From Lama glama (lineage: Eukaryota): a stretch of DNA of 64,000 nt. Below the pieces are notes generated by a model. That model saw only the letters and a program-made list of their open reading frames with translations, made no database searches and had not been told where the DNA came from. Position numbers and translations under genes: made by a program. Positions within the stretch are counted from its first letter, which is position 1. Each line of letters starts with the position of its first letter. The DNA lies in the NCBI GenBank assembly GCA_028534125.1, contig CM052816.1, positions 65,906,001 through 65,970,000 on the forward strand, given 5' to 3'. Shown piece after piece: positions 37,401-49,303 of this stretch.

Positions 37401-39060
37401 CATGGGAGTAAAGAGTGGTGAGTAGGGAAGTCCCTCCTGTGGTTAATTCTGGGGTGTCAAACAGGGCTATGAGAAGCATTTTTATGTTTTTTATGCATTT
37501 TTTTATGTTGGGCTCACTGAAATGTTTTTATTCACACAGTAAAAATAAGAACGTACTTGTTTCTCTAAAATTCTAAAAGAGGTGGATCAAAAGTGAATTG
37601 ATAAAAGGGTGATAATTTTGAGTCTAAGGGAAGAAAGACACCAGGATTTCAAAATACCACTCTCTGTATGATTATCAGTTCCCAATCCTATTGACAAATT
37701 CCAGAGGAGAATGTCTTTCTGGTTTTGTAGCAACAGAGCGTGAAACAAAGGAGATCAAAAAGTTTGCACAAGATTCAGAAAGTAAGCCTCAACCCGTGAC
37801 CCGCCTTCAAAGCACCGGTTTACGCAGCCTCCTGTCATTTTGAAATCTGCAGTGCGTGGTCTTCAGAGGCCGCAGCTACTTTGTGACCGCTGATGATTTT
37901 TAGCATCTTAGGATTGGAAGTCTTTGCTCAATAAAGTATGAACTTTCTTCTAATTGACTGCAACTCCTTTTCCTTCTGGTTTGAAAATAATAAAGTGTGA
38001 AAAGTCGTTGACTAATGTGTTTCAAACACAATCTTGACATGAACTAGTTTACAAAACTATTTTCAGGTGCTGCTGTTGGTTGAACTTATTTCATAAGAGG
38101 ATAAGAGGCTTTCCCACATTTAAGTGCCTGAATCGTTTCTGGATCCCAGTGAGATCTGTGTGAGGGTTTTCTCTTTGATTTCTCTCTTTCGGTTTCTTGC
38201 CAATGTTTCTCGCTTCTTATTACAGACAGAATGAGGGCAAAAAATCAAGTACTGCAGTAAATAATACAAAAGCAGTGGAAGGATGGCCAAAGGCCTAGGG
38301 AATTGTTCTTGACTCAATATCGTCATTCCTCTCTGGAAAAACAGAAACTCCAGTCGTGCACTGTTGACCGTCGAGTTCCCATGTCTCCAGTAGTGCTGGC
38401 CCAGGACTCAGAGAGCCTTCTCTCTGAGGGAGGGGAGAGGCTTCCTCCATCCCAGGGACTGGCGGTGGGGAGCAGGGCTGGTGACTCTGCTTCAGTCCAC
38501 GGTAAACCAGGGCAGGCGACCTATAAAGACTTAGACAAAGATTTTTAAATTATATATTTGTTATATATTCAAAGATTTTTTAAGCCTTACATAATTTGAC
38601 AAGAAAAAAGGATAGAATATTTATTGAGGACACTTGCCACTGAAATGCCAGAAATCATTTTACTGTGATTGAAAAAAATGAGACAATCTTGAGATTTTTG
38701 GCAAAAACAAATTCTGGGCAATTGAAGAGTGAAATATCCCCATCACTAAAATTATAATTGATTTTCTTTAGGGTTTGACAGGGAAAGGAATCAAGACAAA
38801 TTATCCTGCATATTGTATATTCTAAATGTATCTTTCACCATGCTTGGGAATGAAATACAACCAAGGATAGAATTCACTGTTTTAATAAATATTCACATCG
38901 TTTTCAGTTTAGAGTGATTCAGATCCATTCTAATTTGTGTGAAAAATTAGAAGACTTATTTCCAGGGATTAATTTCTGATAAATGATGTGCCTCGGTCAA
39001 GATGACTTAAGTTTAGAAAATAAACTTTGAAGTTGGGCAATTGTAAAGAAAAAAATGGAA

Positions 39061-39356
39061 ACCAGGGGGTAGAGGGTGGGAAGGGATAGACTGGGATTTC
39101 AAAATTGTAGAATAGATAAACAAGATTACACTGGGAAATATACACAAAATGTTATGATATACACAGGGAAATATACACAAAATGTTATGATAAATCACAG
39201 AGAAAAAAATGTGACAATGAGTGTGTATATGTCCATGAATGACTGAAAAATTGTGCTGAACACTGGAATTTGACACAACATTGTAAAATGATTATAAATC
39301 AATAAAAAATGTTAAAAAAAATAAAGGCAAAATAAAAATTTTATTCTACAAAAAAA
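39061..39356 (+). mobile_element. Young 5'-truncated L1 3' end
   Basis: L1 3' UTR, AATAAA and A-tail. Perfect 16-bp TSD aaagaaaaaaatggaa at 39045-39060 and 39357-39372. Nearly identical to 58072-58259 over the shared part. Confidence 0.92.
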
Positions 39357-40620
39357 AAAGAAAAAAATGGAAGAAAATACTATAATCAGGGGAAAATAAT
39401 CTAGGTTTTATATTACTTAAATTTTAGCTATCTGAATAATCTCTCCAAAGAACAGGTGCCCCTCAAAAAAATGTAGCTCTGGAATGAAGAGGGTGGAAAA
39501 TAATACACGTTTCCTGGAAAAGTAGTTCCACCCTTTTTTCTTTTTTCTTTTTTTTGCTTTTTATTTTCCCACACTTAGGATTTCAAGATCTCTATGTAAT
39601 TTGGCGATGATCTAATTATTGGTAACAATCCTTTTACTAACGTCATCCGTAGGCTGCTTGTGCTCAGGTGAATTTCGTGAGTGTTGTTTTAGGTCACTCA
39701 GGGCCTTTCCAGAATTGTTCACGAATGAGTGAACGGTTCCATTGCAATGTTCTCAGTTAGGGTCATGTCCGGAAGCTTTCTGGGTAGAGTAATTCCATTC
39801 ACTTTTGATTAAAGAGCTCCAGCTAGCTAGATCAAGAAATGTCCCATGGAGATTATGAAAATTCTTTTCACAAACTAGTAACAGTAAGAAATACTATGAA
39901 AGAACTCTGGGCTCCAGTTTCTCACTTCATCCAAATAGAATGTTGCACAACTTCCCTTGCCTTTCCTCCAAGACGCGTCATGCTGACACCTTGCTCCTGC
40001 ATCCTCGGCTCGCTGTAGCTCAGGTTGCTGAAGCAACAGCACACACGGGGTAACATTCCCCCGTAACTACGGCGGCTGGGACGTGAGTCAGTTGAAAAGT
40101 TTCACTGGGTTTTTATTAGTCCATGATGTAGTCCCATGTCATCTACAGTGCCAAGCCCATCGAGATTCACATACGATGAGGCAGAACACCCAATGCTCAT
40201 CACCTTTGCGTGTTAGATGGTACAGGGACCTCTCAGGGAAGCCACTGCCATAGCTGGCTCCTTCCACGGTGCCCCTCAGTAATACCTACAATAGGCAGCC
40301 AAGAGTAAGACTCAGGCCCTGCTGCTGGCACTGCGCTTCTACTGTTGTAAATCCTGTGTGCTTAATAAGAGCCAGTGACTTTGGTTGATGACCAAGGAGC
40401 CCCTCTTTTCAACCCAGGGAACTGGACAATGGTTAACACCCCAGAAGACACATCTTCACCCCCTCTGTGGCCGGGAAGAGCATGTGTTGAAGAATAAAGA
40501 TGGAATTACTGTAATTCTCTCTGGGAGTTTATGAATGTGGAACTTAACTATTTACTATTGATCGAAAGTGGTCCTGGAGTGCTCAGTGACGTCTCACCTG
40601 GGATTTGGTTTGTTTTTCAG

Positions 40621-40657
40621 ACATGGAGATGACCTGATTGTGACCCCGTTTGCACAG
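40621..40657 (+). CDS. PDE4D: PDE4D internal coding exon (37 nt), UCR1
   Basis: Acceptor tttggtttgtttttcag|, donor cag|gtaagc. Translates (I)HGDDLIVTPFAQ in phase with the previous exon (at|a = Ile). Confidence 0.97.
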
Positions 40658-41249
40658 GTAAGCACAGCTGGGTCACTGGACAGCTTTCTCACTCCTTTGA
40701 AAATTTCATTGTGGGGATTAGTTCTGGTTCTTAATGTCATTCTAAATCAAACATAAGTACAAGTACAAATTCTGTGGTTCATTCAGTAATTTAAAAGCAG
40801 TGCTAGAGAATTTGATCTTGGCCATATTGGTCTGTTTCCTGTAAACCCATAGACCCAAAGGGTGTCTTTGCTTCAAATTACAAATTATCTAAGTGACTTG
40901 CTTAAACGGGACCATATTTCCTTGACTGACATAAGCACTTGAAAAGGAAAGCTATATCACAGATTAAATTACATTTAGATAGTTAGGTACATGATCAGTG
41001 CTTGAAATTCAGTATTCCAATTCAACCTGATGCTTTATTTACTCTTTTTTTTTTAACATGCTATTTGTCTAAAGATTTAACTGAGTGATGTATTTATACT
41101 TATTTGTTCCTTTTAGGTATACAAATCCTGAAAATACTTAACCACATGACAGAATTGCTAGAAGGTGAAAAAACCTTCTAAAGAAAGGTTATCTAAAGAA
41201 ATCTGGAATATATATGAAGTGGTTGATAACCAGATATTTTTTGTAGAGG

Positions 41250-41410
41250 CCAGTGCTTCTCAACCCTAGCTACATATTAGAATCACCTAGAAAGTTTTTA
41301 TCCCATGCTGCACCTCTAATCAATTGAAAGGAAAAATCTGGGGTTTGGACCCAGGTACCTGTAATTTTTAAAGGCCCCAGTATTTTCTCAAGGGTAGTTG
41401 AGAGCCTCTA
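41250..41410. mobile_element. hAT-Charlie MITE (MER5-like)
   Basis: cagtgcttctcaaccctagctacatattagaatcaccta ... aattttaaaggcccca ... ttgagagcctct. Similar relics lie near 2450-2635 and 9340-9470. Confidence 0.65.
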
Positions 41411-44400
41411 GTATCAACAGACTAGGGATGGAATGGGACAAAACTGATTTAACCTGGGGCGTGAACCAAGTGTAAAGTCAACACTGTTAATAAGAAATGT
41501 GAAATACTGGAATATAAGTGATTCAGAAGGTTATAAAATTCATAATCAAGGCTATGTCAGAACTGCCTCTACTGCCTTGAGCCACTCACTTAATTTCTCT
41601 AAGACTTCTTTTTTCAGTTGGGAAAATTGGGGGCTCAGCTGGATAAAGATAGGCAGGCCCCCATCAAAGCCCATCACCAACTCTGGCTCAGTGAACGGAC
41701 TTGGACAGGCCTGGTTTCTCCCTCTGCCCAATGACAGTTCCAAGACTACCCACCTCTGAGGTTGTCACGAGACTGAAATAATACCAAGCTTCTAAAATGC
41801 CCAGCACAATTTCTAGAAAATAAAACACTTAATGAATTTTAAGCATTGTTATCAGGAAAGGTCCTTTCAACCTCCAAAATGTCATGATAGGCATCAGTTT
41901 TAAAAGCTGCATAATGGCAGTATTCGGATAGCAGGGTTAGGTATGATTCTTCCACTTTTTCAAGTTTTCTGAAATTTTTTAATTGCTATACCTTAGACCA
42001 AAAATTTAATGAGTCCGTGAATAACAAAGTGTAACAGTGATCACTTTCATTAATAGGTAATTAAAAATAGATTGCCATCACCATCCCCTTCAGAAGCTTA
42101 ATGTCTCACTTAAGGTCTTGCTAGAGATCGTGAATTCTTTCTGAAAGCTGTATTTCTTGTTCAAAAAAATTAGTCTTTTATGTCTTAATCATATTTTGTG
42201 ATAGCAAAATCATATAAAGCTAAGGACTTTTAATTGGTTACTATTGAGAATCCATAACTTTATACCTCAGAGCTGAGAGCTGAGTAGATACGATAAATCA
42301 TGCAAAATAATATATAAATCACCACCACCAAATGTAGAAACAGTCATTCCAACTTGAGTTTATTTAGGTAGCTATTCTTCCTTCTGACTAAAATCTCTAG
42401 GTATTGTTGTAAGAAAAATATATGTGAATATATGGTAAATATGAAAAATTAATCTGTGTATACATTATCTTTTTATTTCAAATAGTATTTATTAATCTCC
42501 AACTAATTGATCAATAAATTTGACTTGGACCTTGCTATTAGCTCCCTGAAATTCTAAGGCTATCTAGTCTTTTTATGTAATTAGACACTTTCTGTAGTAT
42601 CCTTATAATCTCTAAAAATCTAATAGAATTTCAGGATACTGAGAAACATATGTGTAAAATATCGTTTAGTCTATGTTAGTAAGCTGTTTAATTAAATAAG
42701 TGTGTACTTAATAACCCTGAAATTGGAACCTTGAATAAAAACCAACTCTATGTAATTTGTAGGCACGACGTATGATGCCAGAAAATAATCCTCGAATCTA
42801 TTTAGGAAAGTTTGCTTATGATTAGCTTAATGACTCATAACACCTTGTAGAAGGTGGTTATTGCCCCAGAGGCTGCAGATTTTTTTTAGTGGCTTCATCA
42901 CAGTTTTCATAAGTAGCGTTTTACTAGGGTATATGATCCGGAAAGCTCTACTAGAATTAAAAAAAAAAAAGCCTGTTAAACCCTGAACAATTTTGCCACT
43001 AATAGAGCATCTTTGGGGACGCAGGTATAAAAAAAAAATGTCCAGTAAGGGGCTGTTTGTCTATGGCGTTCTCTTAAGTCCAATTGGGTACCACTAGATT
43101 ATTCTGTTGACCTGACCAATAACTCCTCAAATGTTTAATACAGGCTAGAACATTCACCATTTAATGCTAAATATAATGATGCTTAAACTAAAAGACATTA
43201 GACATTAGATGTTTATGTCCCTTCAAGTGATACCAACATTATGTGGTCGAATATACCATAATTGCTTTCACCAGTAAGACAGAAGACAGTTGACGTCAGT
43301 GAAAAACGTTCATATAGCCCAAAGAATTCCCCCCTTTCCCAGAATGCTTTGGGGTTTGGAATTTCACACTAGATTCTTCTGGTGAAAAAGCCATAGCACT
43401 TTCAAACTAAAATCTTTTGCATAAAAAGTTTAGAAATGAAATGTAAGCAAAAGGAAGTAAAAGAAAATTCCCTATAATTCCAAACCCCAAAATAGGTACT
43501 ATTGACATTTTACTTTAGACCCCTTTAGATTTATTTTTCTGTGCATATTTTCCTTCCCATAATTCTTAAAAATGAGCCTTGCACCGTCTAAAGTGGTCAG
43601 AGGTCTTTTCCCAAGCCCGTCTCAGATTCTGCCCCTTTTTGAGGTCTCATTTCTTTATACCTGCATTCATCTCCAAAACATGAAAGGATCCCTCCCTGTT
43701 GTTTCCCAGTCATGGTTTCCTGTGAAGCTAAGAGAATACAATCTTAAGTTATAAGAGAATTCAGAAAGACATGCAAGATTATATTCCACTTTGATGGACA
43801 GGGCTGAAACCTAAAATAGTGTGCATAGATGTCATCTTCAGCAAAGATCCTACATGTTCTATTCCCAAGTCTAAAACACTGTCAAGATGAGACATTCTTG
43901 ACACTTTTCCACTTCCAGTTTCTTATTTTTCCCCCTATGAGCTCCGAATCTTTTTGATCTCCAGAAAAAATCACAGCTCTAAATATTTTATTTGTTTCCA
44001 TTTTGAAATCTCTTCCTGTGTTTGTGTTGAAATCTTTGGGTTTGGATATTTCCTCAGTCTGTGTGAGAAAATTGAGAAGGGATCTGAATGCCATGCCATT
44101 CCAACGTGATGCCACTTGGCAACTGGCCTTTTCCTCCTGAAGGTGTAGTCACACTTTGGCCAGAGTTCTTGAGGGGACCAAGGAACACCGAGGAGGCACC
44201 ACACTGATGAAGTTCAGGAAACCCTGCTTTGTAGTCAGTTGCCTCTGGCCCTGCCTGTCCCATTATTTATGATACGACTACCTTGTAAAAGTCTAAGTCC
44301 ACTAGAATTCTCACCCGGAGGTGTGCAATGTTAAAAGAAGTGGACTCTTTAATTAAGAAAAAGACAGAAAGTATTTAAATACTATCTTGGATCCCTGGAG

Positions 44401-44793
44401 AGACCTTCATGTCATTCAGACTAAGGAGATACCCCTAATTTTAAAATGTAGGATGGGGACAACTGAGTCATTTCACCCTTACTTTTACTGAGATACAGAA
44501 CCTGGGATCATTTTAGGGAAAATGTACTGGTTGTTAACCCTGTGGAACATTACGATTCTGCGGTAATTGGACATTATCAATTTTTTTTAATGCCCCTGTG
44601 TGTCTCTTCCTTGTGTCACCCAGAAGAAGCAGTCTTTGGCCTCATCACTGAATCTAACAGGCTCTCCCTGCTGGGCTAGGAAAGAAGGAAATCATCACAT
44701 TTCGGTGGCTTCTGCCTGTTAGTTTTTTTTGTTTTTTTTTCAATCCTTTATAAAGTAAATTTCAATAGCATGTTCTATGAATCTGAGTATTTT

Positions 44794-44872
44794 TTAGGTT
44801 GAATTATATGAAATCATCAATATTAAATCTTTGTTGATATATAAAAGAGCAATTTCATATGGTTTTATCCAA
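44794..44872. mobile_element. Tc1/mariner MITE (MADE2-like, about 80 bp palindrome)
   Basis: Terminal inverted repeats ttaggttgaattatatgaaat ... atttcatatggttttatccaa. Confidence 0.7.
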
Positions 44873-45043
44873 AACATAATGTGGAGAGGTTTTCTATCAA
44901 AATGACCTCTCTATCTTGTAAATAATCATAATTTGGCTCCAGGTTTTTGCTGGAGGCAAAACCAAGGCAAGGAATTTTTTCTCCCTCCCCATTTCCCCCA
45001 CTCCACCCATCCCAAGGCCTGTGGCAACTCACAGTCTGTGTCT

Positions 45044-45062
45044 TAGTGCCATCTAGTGGTGG
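45044..45062 (-). promoter_or_regulatory. Candidate CTCF site
   Basis: The minus strand reads ccaCCACTAGATGGCACTA, a full match to the CCASYAGRKGGCRS core. Motif evidence only. Confidence 0.55.
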
Positions 45063-47884
45063 AAAGTGTATCTGGCGTGAAAAGCCTCAAGACTATATCT
45101 TGTTATTTTTTAAGCAGGAGTTTTTAACAAGAATGTTATAACTGGCTCTTTTTCTTAAAAAAAAAAAAATCTCCTCCTTACATTTTTTCAAGAATTTATT
45201 ATTGTGTAAGTGTACATTTCTTTTAGGGTAGTATGTTCAGATGTTTAACTTTTTAATGAAGCTCACATTTTCCTGCTATTTTCAGTGAATCTTATTGGTT
45301 ACTAAATGTTTAGAAATACCTAGGATAATCTAAGATTACTATGTGTAAATAACGTTTAATCCCTCTCATGGGCCAGTACATCTCTGGGCAAAAGTTTTCT
45401 ATTGCACTGTCATCTTTCTTTCCTAAAGTGTATTATTTTTCATTGTTTCCAATGTATTTTAATCTTGACTGATTATACTTTTGCTTGGAGGGGCAGAAGA
45501 AAGAGAAATGACCTTAATTTTCTAACCATTGAACTGTGTGGGAGAAAACCTTAGGGACCTTTTTGGTTAGCAAGCATTAAAGAACAAAGATTATAGGAGC
45601 GTGAGAGCTCTGACTACAGCTCTTAAAGGGTTGAATGTGAGGTGGGAGGGAGGTGAGACTTGCTCTATAATAAAAGCAAAGAATAATTGAACGCTAACTC
45701 AGGGGCTTATGTAAAACTATTTCTAGTTCCCCACCCCCTCCCCCAGCCTGCACTCTTTGTGTCTCATTCTTTGTGTCCTGCAATGCAGGTAAGAGCAGAA
45801 AAGACTGACACAGTGCATTCATGGTGTAAACGCCCAGGATCACTCAAACTCGGCCCAGGGCAACACCCCCTTGTGACATCTGGTTGGAACTTTCATTTTT
45901 CCCTTCTGCCCGTATCATGGGTGTCATAGTGCAGAAGGTAATAGTTAATACTTAATATAACATTTACAAAATATTATTCATCCTAGCATCATGACAGTAG
46001 TGTAACACTTGTGCACAGAAGGAATGGTACATTCACAAGGCTATTTACTACAGCAGTGTTTGTAAAAGCAAAACGTAAAAGATCATCTAAAAAGTCAAAT
46101 GGATAATGGCAACAGGACTGAGTGGAGGAGGAGCTGAAAGGGAAATTTCTTCTTCCAGTTTTCATTTGGAAATATTTCATCCACATAAGAGACTATCTCT
46201 AGCAACTTTCCAAAATATAAAGAATAATGCTAACATCAACAATTTAAGAAACAGAATAGGACCAATATTTTAATGCCCCTAAGTGTCCCTCCCCAATGTT
46301 GTCTACCTGCCTCCTCTCAGAAATAACAATAATTTTGATTTTGTATTTGTTATTGAGGGAGAGACCATTTACTTTTGTTTAAATTCTATACCATATGACG
46401 ATCTTGATTAGGTAAAAATAAATGTAAAGTTAAAAAATTAAATTTAAATTAAAACCCAAAATGAAAGACTCTAATTTAATATCTTTATTATAACAGACTC
46501 AAAAACCTTTGTAGAGAATAACGGGGGTGTGTGTTTATCTTTCATGAAGTCATGCTGTCTTTCAGATGAGTGTAGAACATGAATTACCCCCGGCACTATT
46601 TCTATGTGCCCAGCTGTCAGATGTAGTGCACTTACTCTAATTTATTAGAATAAAGTTCTCAGAATTCTGAGGTCAAAATTTTGCCTAGAACAAGGGTTGA
46701 TTAGGGGGTGCAACAATCTTATTTAAAATGCTTTAGTAGCGTATTTGACATTCACTTCTTAAAGCATAAATTCCGCCTGCATGATTTCATGACAGTGGAT
46801 CGTTTGTCAGATTTCTTTCTGCATCATTCAAGATTTCATGCCCAGTGAGAGACATCGTGGTTTGATGTCAGCAGTTGGCTATTTGAATACTCCGTCATGG
46901 GCAGCGTGACCTTTCCGCACTGTGAGCTGTTTATATGTGATAATGAGCCAGGTTTTTCCAGTGACTTAGCTAATCATGGTTGGCATTTTAGGAAACACCG
47001 TTAACTCCTTCAGGGGAGAATGCTGTAGGTCACTGTCCCTGGCATACTCAGTACCCCAGTGACTTACCAGAATAAATGCCAATTTCAAAAATGTCAAAGA
47101 CATTTTAGCCTTAGAATAAAATTTAGACCGACTTCAGTCTAGGTCGATGCCCAGTAAAAAAATCTGGAAACAGTTCTGGAACCCTTGAAGCAGTTATAAC
47201 TCTGACACCTCCTCCCATATTCTCAAAGAGAAGTAAATTCCTTATGCACGTGCCACATCATTAGTCCTGCAGGACATCGCTGTAATGGGCTAATATTCAC
47301 CGAGTGCCATCGGTTTGCCAGGCACTCTTCTTGGCACATGATCTGTCATTTCCTCTCATCTTCACAAGCCTGTCAGGTAGATGTCAGTTCCCTGGTTTAC
47401 AGGTGAGAAACTAAGGTTCGGAGAGATGACGGCACTTTTCTGAGTTCACGTTCACACATTGAATATGTAACAGAGCCAGGCGGTCTGGGTTGTTATGTGG
47501 TACCTAACAAAGCACCTGAGATCTATGCTTGAGGTCAACATTCTGGTGGTCACCCAGATCACTCATGATCTCACCTAACGTAGGTCCCCCTCCTACTGGG
47601 GGGAAACTTGCCCATTTTAAGAGAAAGTGAGTGGGGTAGAAGGAGATAGAGCTCTTGTAATTTCTCTTCCCCAGTCTTCCGATTCTTTGCCAATTTATAG
47701 TTTCACTAGAATTAGAAAAAGGAAGGGCTATAGAGGTAGAGGGACTCATGGTCCCGCCCTGTGTCTGTGGAAATGTTGTGTCTTTGTGCTCATTTATTCA
47801 ACAAAAATTTTTTGAATGTTTTCTAGGGGCCAGGCTCTGTGCACATTACAGGGTGGTCTCATTTTATTTGTGACCTTCTAATTA

Positions 47885-48100
47885 TTTTTTTAACTTTTAA
47901 TTTTGAAATAATTTTGGATTTACAGAAAACTTGCTAACGCAGTACAGAGAGTTCCCATATGCTCTTCATCCACTTTCTCCTAATGCTAGTATCTTACAGA
48001 ATCATAGTATGATGATCAAAACCAGATAATTAATGGTGCAATACTATTAACTGAACTTCAAACTAAGCATTATATAAATTTCATCAGTTTTTCCACTAGT
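47885..48100 (-). mobile_element. Ancient L1 (L1MC/MD-like) 3' end
   Basis: ttttaattttgaaataattttggatttacagaaaacttgc...agtacagagagttcccatat...tcctaatgctagtatcttac. Confidence 0.65.
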
Positions 48101-48685
48101 TTTTTTTAACTTTGTAAGTGACCTTATAATTCTTGATTCAGATAAACTTAACAAAGAAAAGGATCTGTTTAGTAGCTAGAATAGCCATGTGGCAAAAGTG
48201 AAAAAACAATTAAAATTTACTTAGCTTACTGACTTCAAGATTATGACATTCTTGGTGAATTTTTGAAGAGAAATTGAGGGTAACTTTGTTTTCATATTGC
48301 CCCCAAAGTAAGACTTTCTTACTATTTTATATTACACTATTTACATTTGCATAAAATGCAGCAGCACTCATTGTATATTGCCTGGGACATTTAGTGGCTG
48401 AGGAACCCAGGAATACTGTGGAAACTGCTGCTACTGTCACTTTGTTCATAGACGTTGAGGAGGAATGTCTGGAAAATCCTTAAATCTGGCCTCTCTGGAT
48501 TTCAAATGGATACGTGTGAACTGTGCTAGGTGCTAGAAGATTCTTCAGTAGTATATGAAACCAAGTTGCAAGCAATATCAACTTTTCACTTAACAAACCA
48601 TTTTTTACAATCACCAAACCATTTCAAATTCCACTAGAGAGGGCCCTATTTCAAGAAGTTTAAAGAATTCTTTTCTTTGTTGTAG

Positions 48686-48759
48686 GTCTTGGCCAGCCTG
48701 CGAACCGTACGAAACAACTTTGCTGCATTGACTAATTTGCAAGACCGCGCACCTAGCAA
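48686..48759 (+). CDS. PDE4D: PDE4D internal coding exon (74 nt), end of UCR1 / start of linker region 1
   Basis: Acceptor ttcttttctttgttgtag|, donor caa|gtaagt. Translates VLASLRTVRNNFAALTNLQDRAPS(K). Not present in the ORF track. Confidence 0.97.
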
Positions 48760-49234
48760 GTAAGTTATTTTTTTTACCCCCTCCTTCTGGCTGACCTTTC
48801 ATACAGTGTTTCCTGAATTTGATTGAACTCAAGGCAATATATTAGATTTCTCTGAATCGTCGCCATGTTCTCTAACCATTTACACTAAATCATATGATGT
48901 CCTGTTAATTTTCTATAAATACTTTGTAGTGATGCTTCTAATATCAGAAGTGAAACAGGATGACAAATAAATATGGTGATTCCATCTGTCAGAAATCACC
49001 TGGTGTAATCAGTCCTCTGCCCAGTTATTTACACGCAGGGTAACTTTATAGTTTTGGCTTACTTCATAAAGCAACCATGGGCAAATAATGTCTTCACGCC
49101 ATAAAGCCGACCCAAAGTCAGCCTCTTAATTCTAAGGCAACCATTACTTGGAGAAGCGTCATATCATAGCAAAGGTCTCCAGTTCTCCTGCTGTTACTGA
49201 CTCAGATCAGCAGCATCATGGAATAATTAACAAA

Positions 49235-49303
49235 ATTGGAATTTATGGAATAAATTGGGATTTATGGAATAACAGAGATTTATGATTGGAATTTATGGAA
49301 TAA
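49235..49303. repeat. Short imperfect tandem repeat, 3 copies of attgg(a/g)atttatggaataa
   Basis: Copies at 49235-49253, 49254-49272 and 49285-49303, with a partial copy in between. Confidence 0.85.

Noticed and set aside
40587-40594. CRE just upstream of the 37-nt exon
   Set aside because: It is imperfect (TGACGTCT) and sits in the branch-point region, so it is more simply part of the splice signal context.
44794-44872. Pre-miRNA hairpin
   Set aside because: It is explained by a degenerate MADE2-like MITE, and nothing in the sequence supports processing.
49235-49303. CRISPR-like repeat-spacer array
   Set aside because: The context is eukaryotic, the copies are adjacent or separated by a partial copy, and there are no unique spacers or cas genes.
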